The notes below the pieces were generated by a model. The model worked only from the letters and a program-made list of their open reading frames with translations, did not search any database and was not told the origin of the DNA. A DNA stretch of 64,000 nt. It comes from Eledone cirrhosa. Lineage: Eukaryota. The translations under genes were made by a program, and so were the position numbers. The stretch's first letter is position 1; each line of letters begins with the position of its first letter. This document shows positions 40,011 to 53,900 of the stretch, piece by piece. The stretch spans positions 206,336,001 to 206,400,000 of the forward strand of contig OZ024743.1 in assembly GCA_964016885.1 (NCBI GenBank), written 5' to 3'.

Positions 40011-43000
40011 CCTAGGACGGCTAGAAATTACCTCTCCTTGGACGGCTGAAAATTATCTCCCCTTGGACGGCTGGAAATTATCTCCCCTTGATTTTTTTAC
40101 AAATTATCTCCCTCTGATTTTTTTTTACAAATTATCTCCCCCTGATTTTTTTTTACAAATTATCTCCCCCTGATTTTTTTTTACAAATTATCTCCCCCTG
40201 ATTTTTTTACAAATTATCTCCCCTTGGCTGGCTGGCAATTATCTCCCCTTGGAGGCTGGAATTTATCTCCCCTTGGACGGCTGGAAATTATCTCCCCTTG
40301 GACGGCTAGAAATTACCTCTCCTTGTACGGCTGGAAATTATCTCCCCTTGAACGGCTGGAAATTATCTCCCCTTGGACGGCTGGAAATTATCTCCCCTTG
40401 GACGGCTGGAAATTACCTCTCCTTGGACGGCTGGAAATTATCTCCCCTTGGACGGCTGGAAATTATCTCCCCTTGGACGGCTGGAAATTATTTCCCCTTG
40501 ATTTTTTTTACAAATTATCTCCCCCTGATTTTTTTTACAAATCTCCCCCTAATTTAAAAAAAAATTATCTCCCCTTCGCTGGCTGGAAATTATCTCCCTT
40601 TGGACGGCTTGAAATTATAGCTGCTTGTAGGGCTGGAAATTATCTCCCCTTGGACGGCTGGAAATTACCTTTCCTTCGACGGCTGAAAATTATCTCCCCT
40701 TGGACGGCTGGAAATTATCTCCTCCTGATTTTTTTTTACAAATTATCTCCGCCTGATTTTTTTTTAAAAATTATCTCCCCTTGGCTGGATGGAAATTTTC
40801 TCCCCTTGGACGGCTGGAAATTATCTCCCCTTTATGTTTTCTACAAATTATCTACCCTTGATTTTTTTTTTACGAATTATCTCTCCCTGATTTTTTTTAC
40901 AAATATCTCCCCTTGGCTGGCTGGAAATTATCTCCCCTTGGCTGGCTGGAAATTATCTCCCCTTGGACGGCTGGAAATTATCTCCCCTTGGACGCCTAGA
41001 AATCACCTCTACTTGGACAGCTGTAAATTATCTCCCCTTGGACGGCTGGAAATTATCTCGCCTTGGACGGCTGGAAATTATCTCCCCTTGATTTTGTATA
41101 CAAATTATCTCCCCCTGATTTTTTTTTACAAATTATCTGCCCCTGATTATTTTTTTACAAATTAGCTCCGCCTGATTTTTTTTTAAAATTATCTCCCCTT
41201 GGACGGCTGGAAATTATCTCCCCTTGGACGGCTGGAAATTATCTCCCCTTGAACGGCTAGAAATTACCTCTCCTTGGACGGCTGAAAATTATCTCCCCTT
41301 GGACGGCTGGAAATTATCTCCCCTTGATTTTTTTTACAAATTATCTCCCCCTGATTTTTTTTTTACAAATTATCTCCGCCTGATTTTTTTTTAAAATTAT
41401 CTCCCCTTGGACGGCTGGAAATTATCTCCCCTTGATTTTTTTTTCCAAATTATCTCCCCCTGATTTTTTTTTTACAAATTATCTACCCCTGATTTTTTTT
41501 TCAAATTATCTCCCCCTGATTTTTTTTACAAATTATCTCCCCCTGATTTTTTTTACAAATTATCTCCCCCCGATTTTTTTACAAATTATCTCCCCCTGAT
41601 TTTTTTTACAAATTATCTCCGCCTGATTTTTTTTAATATTATCTTCCCTTGGCTGGCGGGAAATTATCTCCCCTTGGACGGCTGGAAATTATCTCCCCTT
41701 GGAAGGATGGAAATTATCTCCCCTTGGACGGCTGGAAATTATCTCCCCTTGCACTGCTGGAAATTATCTCCCCTTGGACGGCTGGAATATATCTGCCCTT
41801 GATTTTGTTTTTACAAATTATCTTCCCCTGATTTTTTTACAAATTATCTCCACCTGATTTTTTAAAAAATTATCTCCCCTTGGACGGCTGGAAATTATCT
41901 CCCCTTGGCTGGAAATTATCTCCCCTTGGACGGCTAGAAATTATCTCTCTTTGGACGGCTGGAAATTATCTCCCCTTGGACGCTGGAAATTATAGCCCCT
42001 TGGAGGGCTGGAAGTTATCTTCCCTTGGAGGGCTGGAAATTATCTTCCCTTGGACGGCTAGAAATTACCTCTCCTTGGACGGCTGAAAATTATCTCCCCT
42101 TGGACGGCTGGAAATTATCTCCCCTTGATTTTTTTTACAAATTATCTCCCCCTGATTATTTTTTACAAATTATCTCCCCCTGATTTTTTTTTTACAAATT
42201 ATCTCCCCTTGGACGGCTGGAAATTATCTCCCCTTGGACGGCTGGAAATTATCTCCCCTTGGACGGCTAGAAATTACCTCTCCTTGGACGGCTGAAAATT
42301 ATCTCTCCTTGGACGGCTGGAAATTATCTCCCCTTTATGTCTTCTACAAATTATCTACCCCTGATTTTTTTTTACAAATTATCTCTCCCTGATTTTTTTT
42401 ACAAATATCTCCCCTTGATTGGCTGGAAATTATCTCCCCTTGGCTGGCTGGAAATTATCTCCCCTTGGACGGCTGGAAATTATCTCCCCTTGGACGCCTA
42501 GAAATTACCTCTCCTTGGACAGCTGTAAATTATCTCCCCTTGGACGGCTGGAAATTATCTCGCCTTGGACGGCTGGAAATTATATCCCCTTGATTTTGTA
42601 TACAAATTATCTCCCCCTGATTTTTTTTTACAAATTATCTGCCCCTGATTATTTTTTTACAAATTAGCTCCGCCTGATTTTTTTTAAAAATTATCTCCCC
42701 TTGGACGGCTGGAAATTATCTCCCCTTGGACGGCTGGAAATTATCTCCCCTTGAACGGCTAGAAATTACCTCTCCTTGGACGGCTGAAAATTATCTCTCC
42801 TTGGACGGCTGGAAATTATCTCCCCTTGATTTTTTTACAAATTATCTCCCCCTGATTTTTTTTTACAAATTATCTACCCCTGATTTTTTTTTCCAAATTA
42901 TCTCCCCCTGATTTTTTTTTTACAAATTATCTCCCCCTGATTTTTTTTTACAAATTATCTCCCCCTGATTTTTTTACAAATTATCTCCCCTTGGCTGGCT

Positions 43001-46000
43001 GGAAATTATCTCCCCTTGGCGGCTGGAATTTATCTCCCCTTGGACGGCTGGAAATTATCTCCCCTTGGACGGCTAGAAATTACCTCTCCTTGGACGGCTG
43101 GAAATTATCTCCCCTTGAACGGCTGGAAATTATCTCCCCTTGGACGGCTGGAAATTATCTCCCCTTGGACGGCTGGAAATTACCTCTCCTTGGACGGCTG
43201 GAAATTATCTCCCCTTGGACGGATGGAAATTATCTCCCCTTGGACGGCTGGAAATTATTTCCCCTTGATTTTTTTTACAAATTATCTCCCCCTGATTTTT
43301 TTTACAAATATCCCCCTAATTTAAAAAAAAATTATCTCCCCTTCGCTGGCTGGAAATTATCTCCCTTTGGACGGCTGGAAATTATAGCTGCTTGTAGGGC
43401 TGGAAATTATCTCCCCTTGGACGGCTGGAAATTATCTCCCCTTCATTTTTTTACTAATTATCTCCCCCTGATTTTTTTTTACAAATTATCTCCGCCTGAT
43501 TTTTAAAAAAAAATTATCTCCCCTTGGCTGGATGGTAATTTTCTCCCCTTGGACGGCTGGAAATTATGTCCCCTTTATGTCTTCTACAAATTATCTACCC
43601 CTGATTTTTTTTACAAATATCTACCCTTGGCTGGCTGGAAATTATCTCCCCTTGGACGGCTGGAAATTATCTCCCTTTGGACGCCTAGAAATTACCTCTC
43701 CTTGGACAGCTGTAAATTATCTCCCCTTGGACGGCTGGAAATTATCTCGCCTTGGACGGCTGGAAATTATCTCCCCTTGATTTTGTATACAAATTATCTC
43801 CCCCTGATTTTTTTTTACAAATTATCTGCCCCTGATTATTTATTTTACAAATTAGCTCCGCCTGATTTTTTTTTTAAATTATCTCCCCTTGGACGGCTGG
43901 AAATTATCTCCCCTTGGACGGCTGGAAATTATCTCCCCTTGATTTTTTTACAAATTATCTCCCCCAGATTTTTTTTTTACAAATTATCTCCCCCTGATTT
44001 TTTTTACAAATTATCTCCCCCTGTTTTTTTTTACAAATTATTTCACCCTGATTTTTTTACAAATTATCTCCCCCTGATTTTTTTTACAAATTATCTCCGC
44101 CTGATTTTTTTAAATATGATCTTCCCTCGGCTGGCGGAAAATCATCTCCCCTTGGACGCCTGGAAATTATCTCCCCTTGGAAGGATGGAAATTATCTCCC
44201 CTTGGACGGCTGGAAATTATCTCCCCTTGCACTGCTGGAAATTATCTCCCCTTGGACGGCTGGAAATTATATGCCCTTGATTTTGATTTTACAAATTATC
44301 TTCCCCTGATTTTTTTTACAAATTATTTCCACCTGATTTTTTAAAAAATTATCTCCCCTTGGAAGGCTGGAAATTATCTCCCCTTGGCTGGAAATTATCT
44401 CCCCTTGGACGATTAGAAATTATCTCTCTTTGGACGGCTGGAAATTATCTCCCCTTGATTTTTTTTACAAATTATCTCCCCCTGATTTTTTTTACAAATC
44501 TCCCAGTGATTTTTTTAAAAAAATTATCTCCCCTTCGCTGGCTGGAAATTATCTCCCCTTGGACGCTGGAAATTATAGCCCCTTGGAGGGCTGGAAGTTA
44601 TCTTCCCTTGGAGGGCTGGAAATTATCTTCCCTTGGACGGCTGGAAATTATCTCCCCTTGATTTTTTTTACAAATTATCTCCCCCTGATTTTTTTTTACA
44701 AATTATCTCCCCCTGATTTTTTTTTTACCAATTATCTCCTACTGATTTTTTTAAAAATTATTTCCCCTTGGACGGCTGGAAATTATCTCCCCTTGGACGG
44801 CTGGAAATTATCTCCCCTTGGACGGCTAGAAATTACCTCTCCTTGGACGGCTGAAAATTATCTCCCCTTGGACGGCTGGAAATTATCTCCCCTTGATATT
44901 TTTTACAAATTATCTCCCCCTGATTTTTTTTTACAAATTATCTCCCCCTGATTTTTTTTTACAAATTATCTCCCCCTGATTTTTTTTTACAAATTATCTC
45001 CTGATTTTTTTTACAAATTATCTCCCCTTGGCTGGCTGGAAATTATCTCCCCTTGGAGGCTGGAAATTATCTCCCCTTGGACGGCTAGAAATTACCTCTC
45101 CTTGGACGGCTGGAAATTATCTGCCCTTGGACGGCTGGAAATTATCTCTCCTTGGACGGCTGGAAATTATCTGCCCTTGGACGGCTGGAAATTATCTCCC
45201 CTTGGACGGCTGGAAATTATTTCCCCTTGATTTTTTTTACAAATTATCTCCACCTGATTTTTTTTTACAAATCTCCCCCTAATTTTAAAAAAAATTATCT
45301 CCCCTTCGCTGGCTGGAAATTATCTTCCTTTGGACGGTTGGAAATTATAGCCGCTTGTAGGGCTGGAAATTATCTCCCCTTGGACGGCTGGGAATTATCT
45401 CCCCTTGATTTTTTTACTAATTATCTCACCCTGATTTTTTTTTACAAATTATCTCCGCCTCATTTTTTAAAAAAAATTATCTCCCCTTGGCTGGATGGAA
45501 ATTATCTCCCCTTGGACGGCTGGAAATTATCTCCCATTGATTTCTTCTACAAATTATCTACACCTGATTTTTTTTTTACAAATTATCTCTCCCTGATTTT
45601 TTTTTACAAATATCTCCCCTTGGCTGGCTGGAAATTATCTCCCGTTGGCTGGCTGGAAATTATCTCCCCTTGGACGGCTGGAAATTATCTCCCATTGATT
45701 TTTTTTACAAATTATCTCCCCTTGGCTGGCTGGAAATTATCTCCCCTTGGCTGGCTGGAAATTATCTCCCCCTGATATTTTTTTACAAATTAGCTCCCCC
45801 TGATTTTTTTTTACAAATTATCTCCCCCTGATTTTTTTTTTTACAAATTATCTCCGCCTGATTTTTTTAAAATTATCTCCCCTCTGCTGGATGGAAATTA
45901 TCTCCCCTTGGACGGCTGGAAATTATCTCCCCTTGGAAGGATGGAAATTATCTCCCCTTGGACGGCTGGAAATTATCTCCCCTTGGACGGCTAGAAATTA

Positions 46001-49000
46001 CCTCTCCTTGTACGGCTGGAAATTATCTCCCCTTGAACGGCTGGAAATTATCTCCCCTTGGACGGCTGGAAATTATCTCCCCTTGGACGGCTGGAAATTA
46101 CCTCTCCTTGGACGGCTGGAAATTATCTCCCCTTGGACGGCTGGAAATTATCTCCCCTTGGACGGCTGGAAATTATTTCCCCTTGATTTTTTTTACAAAT
46201 TATCTCCCCCTGATTTTTTTTACAAATCTCCCCCTAATTTAAAAAAAAATTATCTCCCCTTCGCTGGCTGGAAATTATCTCCCTTTGGACGGCTTGAAAT
46301 TATAGCTGCTTGTAGGGCTGGAAATTATCTCCCCTTGGACGGCTGGAAATTACCTTTCCTTCGACGGCTGAAAATTATCTCCCCTTGGACGGCTGGAAAT
46401 TATCTCCCCCTGATTTTTTTTTACAAATTATCTCCGCCTGATTTTTTTTAAAAAATTATCTCCCCTTGGCTGGATGGAAATTTTCTCCCCTTGGACGGCT
46501 GGAAATTATCTCCCCTTTATGTTTTCTACAAATTATCTACCCCTGATTTTTTTTTTACGAATTATCTCTCCCTGATTTTTTTTACAAATATCTCCCCTTG
46601 GCTGGCTGGAAATTATCTCCCCTTGGCTGGCTGGAAATTATCTCCCCTTGGACGGCTGGAAATTATCTCCCCTTGGACGCCTAGAAATCACCTCTACTTG
46701 GACAGCTGTAAATTATCTCCCCTTGGACGGCTGGAAATTATCTCGCCTTGGACGGCTGGAAATTATCTCCCCTTGATTTTGTATACAAATTATCTCACCC
46801 TGATTTTTTTTTACAAATTATCTGCCCCTGATTATTTTTTTACAAATTAGCTCCGCCTGATTTTTTTTTAAAATTATCTCCCCTTGGACGGCTGGAAATT
46901 ATCTCCCCTTGGACGGCTGGAAATTATCTCCCCTTGAACGGCTAGAAATTACCTCTCCTTGGACGGCTGAAAATTATCTCCCCTTGGACGGCTGGAAATT
47001 ATCTCCCCTTGATTTTTTTACAAATTATCTCCCCCTGATTTTTTTTTTACAAATTATCTCCGCCTGATTTTTTTTTAAAATTATCTCCCCTTGGACGGCT
47101 GGAAATTATCTCCCCTTGGACGGCTGGAAATTATCTCCCTTGATTTTTTTTACAAATTATCTCCCCCTGATTTTTTTTTACAAATTATCTCCCCCTGATA
47201 TTTTTTTACAAATTATCTCCCCCTGATTTTTTTTTACAAATTATCTCCTGATTTTTTTTACAAATTATCTCCCCTTGGCTGGCTGGAAATTATCTCCCCT
47301 TGGAGGCTGGAAATTATCTCCCCTTGGACGGCTAGAAATTACCTCTCCTTGGACGGCTGGAAATTATCTGCCCTTGGACGGCTGGAAATTATCTCCCCTT
47401 GGACGGCTGGAAATTATTTCCCCTTGATTTTTTTTACAAATTATCTCCCCCTGATTTTTTTTTACAAATCTCCCCCTAATTTTAAAAAAAATTATCTCCC
47501 CTTCGCTGGCTGGAAATTATCTTCCTTTGGACGGTTGGAAATTATAGCCGCTTGTAGGGCTGGAAATTATCTCCCCTTGGACGGCTGGGAATTATCTCCC
47601 CTTGATTTTTTTACTAATTATCTCACCCTGATTTTTTTTTACAAATTATCTCCGCCTCATTTTTTAAAAAAAATTATCTCCCCTTGGCTGGATGGAAATT
47701 ATCTCCCCTTGGACGGCTGGAAATTATCTCCCATTGATTTCTTCTACAAATTATCTACCCCTGATTTTTTTTTTACAAATTATCTCTCCCTGATTTTTTT
47801 TTACAAATATCTCCCCTTGGCTGGCTGGAAATTATCTCCCGTTGGCTGGCTGGAAATTATCTCCCCTTGGACGGCTGGAAATTATCTCCCATTGATTTTT
47901 TTTACAAATTATCTCCCCTTGGCTGGCTGGAAATTATCTCCCCTTGGCTGGCTGGAAATTATCTCCCCCTGATATTTTTTTACAAATTAGCTCCCCCTGA
48001 TTTTTTTTTACAAATTATCTCCCCCTGATTTTTTTTTTTACAAATTATCTCCGCCTGATTTTTTTAAAATTATCTCCCCTTGGCTGGATGGAAATTATCT
48101 CCCCTTGGACGGCTGGAAATTATCTCCCCTTGGAAGGATGGAAATTATCTCCCCTTGGACGGCTGGAAATTATCTCCCCTTGCACGGCTGGAAATTATCT
48201 CCCCTTGGACGGCTAGAAATTACCTCTCCTTGGACGGCTGAAAATTATCTCCCCTTGGACGGCTGGAAATTATCTCCCCCTGATTTTTTTTACAAATTAT
48301 CTCCCCTTGCACGGCTGGAAATTATCTCCCCTTGGACGGCTGGAAATTATCTGCCCTTGATTTTGTTTTTACAAATTATCTCCCCCTGATTTTTTTTACA
48401 AATTATCTCCACCTGATATTTAAAAAAATTATCTCCCCTTGGACGGCTGGAAATTATCTCCCCTTGGCTGGAAATTATCTCCCCTTGGACGATTAGAAAT
48501 TATCTCTCTTTGGACGGCTGGAAATTATCTCCCCTTGATTTTTTTTACAAATTATCTCCCCCTGATTTTTTTTACAAATCTCCCAGTGATTTTTTAAAAA
48601 AAATTATCTCCCCTTCGCTGGCTGGAAATTACCTCCCCTTGGACGCTGGAAATTATAGCCCCTTGGAGGGCTGGAAATTATCTTCCCTTGGACGGCTGGA
48701 AATTATCTCCCCTTGATTTTTTTTACATATTATCACCCCTGATTTTTTTTTACAAATTATCTCCCCCTGATTTTTTTTACAAATTATCTCCCCCTGATTT
48801 TTTTACAAATTATCTCCCCTTGGCTGGGTGGAAATTATCTCCCCTTGGAGGCTGGAATTTATCTCCCCTTGGACGGCTGGAAATTATCTCCCCTTGGACG
48901 GCTAGAAATTATCTCCCCTTGAACGGCTGGAAATTATCTCCCCTTGGACGGCTGGAAATTATCTCCCCTTGGAAGGATGGAAATTATCTCCCCTTGGACG

Positions 49001-50995
49001 GCTGGAAATTATCTCCCCTTGCACGGCTGGAAATTATCTTCCCTTGGACGGCTAGAAATTACCTCTCCTTGGACGGCTGAAAATTATCTCCCCTTGGACG
49101 GCTGGAAATTATCTCCCCCTGATTTTTTTTACAAATTATCTGCCCTTGCACGGCTGGAAATTATCTCACCTTGGACGGATGGAAATTATCTGCCCTTGAT
49201 TTTGTTTTTACAAATGATCTCCCCCTGATTTTTTTTACAAATTATCTGCCCCTGATTTTTTTTTTACAAATTATCTCCGCCTGATTTTTTTTAAAAATTA
49301 TCTCCCCTTGGACGGCTGGAAATTATCTCCCCTTGGACGGCTGGAAATTATCTCCCCTTGATTTTTTTTTCCAAATTATCTCCCCCTGATTTTTTTTTAC
49401 AAATTATCTACCCCTGATTTTTTTTATACAAATTATCTCCCCCTGATTTTTTTTACAAATTATCTCCCCCTGATTTTTTTTTTACAAATTATCTCCCCCC
49501 GATTTTTTTACAAATTATCTCCCCCTGATTTTTTTTACAAATTATCTCCGCCTGATTTTTTAAAGTATTATCTTCCCTTGGCTGGCGGGAAATTATCTCC
49601 CCTTGGACGGCTGGAAATTATCTCCCCTTGGAAGGATGGAAACTATCTCCCCTTGGACGGCTGGAAATTATCTCCCCTTGCACTGCTGGAAATTATCTCC
49701 CCTTGGACGGCTGGAAATTATCTGCCCTTGATTTTGTTTTTACAAATTATCTTCCCCTGATTTTTTTTACAAATTATCTCCACCTGATTTTTTAAAAAAT
49801 TATCTCCCCTTGGACGGCTGGAAATTATCTCCCCTTGGCTGGAAATTATCTCCCTTTGGCTGGCTGGAAATTATCTCCCCCTGATATTTTTTTACAAATT
49901 AGCTCCCCCTGATTTTTTTTTACAAATTATCTCCCCCTGATTTTTTTCACAAATTATCTCCCCCTGATTTTTTTTACAAATTATCTCCTCTGATTTAAAA
50001 AAAAAAATTATCTCCCCTTGGACGGCTGGAAATTATCTCCCCTTGGACGGCTGGAAATTATCGCCCCCTGATTTGTTTTAACAAATTATCTCCACCTGAT
50101 TTTTTTACAAATCATCGCCTGATTTTTTAAAAAAATTATCTCCCTTGGCTTGCTGGAAATTATCTCCCCTTGGACGGCTATGAATTATCTCTCCTTCGAC
50201 GGCTGGAAATTATCTCCACTTGATTTTTTTACAAATTATCTCCCCGTGATTTTTTTTTACCAATCTACCCCTGATTTAAAAAAAAAAATTATCTCCCCTT
50301 CGCTGGCTGGAAATTATCTCCCCTTGGACGGCTGGAAATTATCTCCCCTTGATTTTTTTTACAAATTATCTCCCCCTGATTTTTTTTTACAAATTATCTC
50401 CCCCTGATTTTTTTTTTTACAAATTATCTCCGCCTGATTTTTTAAAAATTATCTCTCCTTGGCTGGATGGAAATCATCTCCCCCTGATTTTTTTTACAAA
50501 TTATCTCCCCTTGCACGGCTGGAAATTATCTCCCCTTGGACGGCTGGAAATTATCTCCCGTTGGCTGCAAATTATCTCCCCTTGGACGGCTAGAAATTAC
50601 CTCTCTTTGGACGGCTGGAAATTATCTCCCCTTGATTTTTTTTACAAATTATCTCACCCTGATTTTTTTTACAAATCTCCCAGTGATTTTTTAAAAAAAA
50701 TTATCTCCCCTTCGCTGGCTGGAAATTATCTCCCCTTGGACGCTAGAAATTATAGCCCCTTGGAGGGCTGGAAATTATCTTCCCTTGGACGGCTGGAAAT
50801 TATCTCCCCTTGATTTTTTTTACATATTATCTCCCCCTGATTTTTTTTTACAAATTATCTCCCCGATTTTTTTCTACAAATTATCTCCCCCTGATTTTTT
50901 TTTTACAAATTATCTCCGCCTGATTTTTAAAAAAAAATTATCTCCCCTTGGACGGCTGGAAATTATCTCCCCTTGGACGGCTGGAAATTATCTCC
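40011..50995 (+). repeat. HOR copy 4 (10,985 bp): canonical to ~47150, then a divergent ~3.4 kb segment
   Basis: CCTAGG at 40011 and 50996. It is colinear with copy 3 until ~47150, then module order changes and private variants appear until ~50530. Confidence 0.85.
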
Positions 50996-53900
50996 CCTAG
51001 GACGGCTAGAAATTACCTCTCCTTGGATGGCTGAAAATTATCTCCCCTTGGACGGCTGGAAATTATCTCCCCTTGATTTTTTTTAAAAATTATCTCCCTC
51101 TGATTTTTTTTTACAAATTATCTCCCCCTGATTTTTTTTTACAAATTATCTCCCCCTGATTTTTTTTTACAAATTATCTCCCCCTGATTTTTTTACAAAT
51201 TATCTCCCCTTGGCTGGCTGGCAATTATCTCCCCTTGGAGGCTGGAATTTATCTCCCCTTGGACGGCTGGAAATTATCTCCCCTTGGACGGCTAGAAATT
51301 ACCTCTCCTTGTACGGCTGGAAATTATCTCCCCTTGAACGGCTGGAAATTATCTCCCCTTGGACGGCTGGAAATTATCTCCCCTTGGACGGCTGGAAATT
51401 ACCTCTCCTTGGACGGCTGGAAATTATCTCCCCTTGGACGGCTGGAAATTATCTCCCCTTGGACACTGGAAATTATTTCCCCTTGATTTTTTTTACAAAT
51501 TATCTCCCCCTGATTTTTTTTACAAATCTCCCCCTAATTTAAAAAAAAATTATCTCCCCTTCGCTGGCTGGAAATTATCTCCCTTTGGACGGCTTGAAAT
51601 TATAGCTGCTTGTAGGGCTGGAAATTATCTCCCCTTGGACGGCTGGAAATTACCTTTCCTTCGACGGCTGAAAATTATCTCCCCTTGGACGGCTGGAAAT
51701 TATCTCCCCCTGATTTTTTTTTACAAATTATCTCCGCCTGATTTTTTTTAAAAAATTATCTCCCCTTGGCTGGATGGAAATTTTCTCCCCTTGGACGGCT
51801 GGAAATTATCTCCCCTTTATGTTTTCTACAAATTATCTACCCCTGATTTTTTTTTTACGAATTATCTCTCCCTGATTTTTTTTACAAATATCTCCCCTTG
51901 GCTGGCTGGAAATTATCACCCCTTGGCTGGCTGGAAATTATCTCCCCTTGGACGGCTGGAAATTATCTCCCCTTGGACGCCTAGAAATCACCTCTACTTG
52001 GACAGCTGTAAATTATCTCCCCTTGGACGGCTGGAAATTATCTCGCCTTGGACGGCTGGAAATTATCTCCCCTTGATTTTGTATACAAATTATCTCCCCC
52101 TGATTTTTTTTTACAAATTAACTGCCCCTGATTATTTTTTTACAAATTAGCTCCGCCTGATTTTTTTTTAAAATTATCTCCCCTTGGACGGCTGGAAATT
52201 ATCTCCCCTTGGACGGCTGGAAATTATCTCCCCTTGAACGGCTAGAAATTACCTCTCCTTGGACGGCTGAAAATTATCTCCCCTTGGACGGCTGGAAATT
52301 ATCTCCCCTTGATTTTTTTACAAATTATCTCCCCCTGATTTTTTTTTTACAAATTATCTCCGCCTGATTTTTTTTTAAAATTATCTCCCCTTGGACGGCT
52401 GGAAATTATCTCCCCTTGGACGGCTGGAAATTATCTCCCCTTGATTTTTTTTTCCAAATTATCTCCCCCTGATTTTTTTTTTACAAATTATCTACCCCTG
52501 ATTTTTTTTTCAAATTATCTCCCCCTGATTTTTTTTACAAATTATCTCCCCCTGATTTTTTCTTACAAATTATCTCCCCCCGATTTTTTTACAAATTATC
52601 TCCCCCTGATTTTTTTTACAAATTATCTCCGCCTGATTTTTTTTAATATTATCTTCCCTTGGCTGGCGGGAAATTATCTCCGCTTGGACGGCTGGAAATT
52701 ATCTCCCCTTGGAAGGATGGAAATTATCTCCCCTTGGACGGCTGGAAATTATCTCCCCTTGCACTGCTGGAAATTATCTCCCCTTGGACGGCTGGAATAT
52801 ATCTGCCCTTGATTTTGTTTTTACAAATTATCTTCCCCTGATTTTTTTACAAATTATCTCCACCTGATTTTTTTTACAAATTATCTCCCCCTGATTTTTT
52901 TTTACAAATTATCTCCCCCTGATTTTTTTACAAATTATCTCCCCTTGGCTGGCTGGCAATTATCTCCCCTTGGAGGCTGGAATTTATCTCCCCTTGGACG
53001 GCTGGAAATTATCTCCCCTTGGACGGCTAGAAATTACCTCTCCTTGTACGGCTGGAAATTATCTCCCCTTGAACGGCTGGAAATTATCTCCCCTTGGACG
53101 GCTGGAAATTATCTCCCCTTGGACGGCTGGAAATTACCTCTCCTTGGACGGCTGGAAATTATCTCCCCTTGGACGGCTGGAAATTATCTCCCCTTGGACG
53201 GCTGGAAATTATTTCCCCTTGATTTTTTTTACAAATTATCTCCCCCTGATTTTTTTTACAAATTATCTCCGCCTGATTTTTTAAAATATTATCTTCCCTT
53301 GGCTGGCGGGAAATTATCTCCCCTTGGACGCCTGGAAATTATCTCCCCTTGGAAGGATGGAAATTATCTCCCCTTGGACGGCTGGAAATTATCTCCCCTT
53401 GCACTGCTGGAAATTATCTCCCCTTGGACGGCTGGAAATTATCTGCCCTTGATTTTGTTTTTACAAATTATCTTCCCCTGATTTTTTTTACAAATTATCT
53501 ACACCTGATTTTTAAAAAAATTATCTCCCCTTGGCTGGAAATTTTCTCCCCTTGGACGATTAGAAATTATCTCTCTTTGGACGGCTGGAAATTATCTCCC
53601 CTTGATTTTTTTTACAAATTATCTCCCCCTGATTTTTTTTACAAATCTCCCAGTGATTTTTTAAAAAAAATTATCTCCCCTTCGCTGGCTGGAAATTATC
53701 TCCCCTTGGACGCTGGAAATTATAGCCCCTTGGAAGGCTGGAAGTTATCTTCCCTTGGAGGGCTGGAAATTATCTTCCCTTGGACGGCTGGAAATTATCT
53801 CCCCTTGATTTTTTTTACAAATTATCTCCCCCTGATTTTTTTTTACAAATTATCTCCCCCTGATTTTTTTTTACAAATTATCTCCTGATTTTTTTTACAA

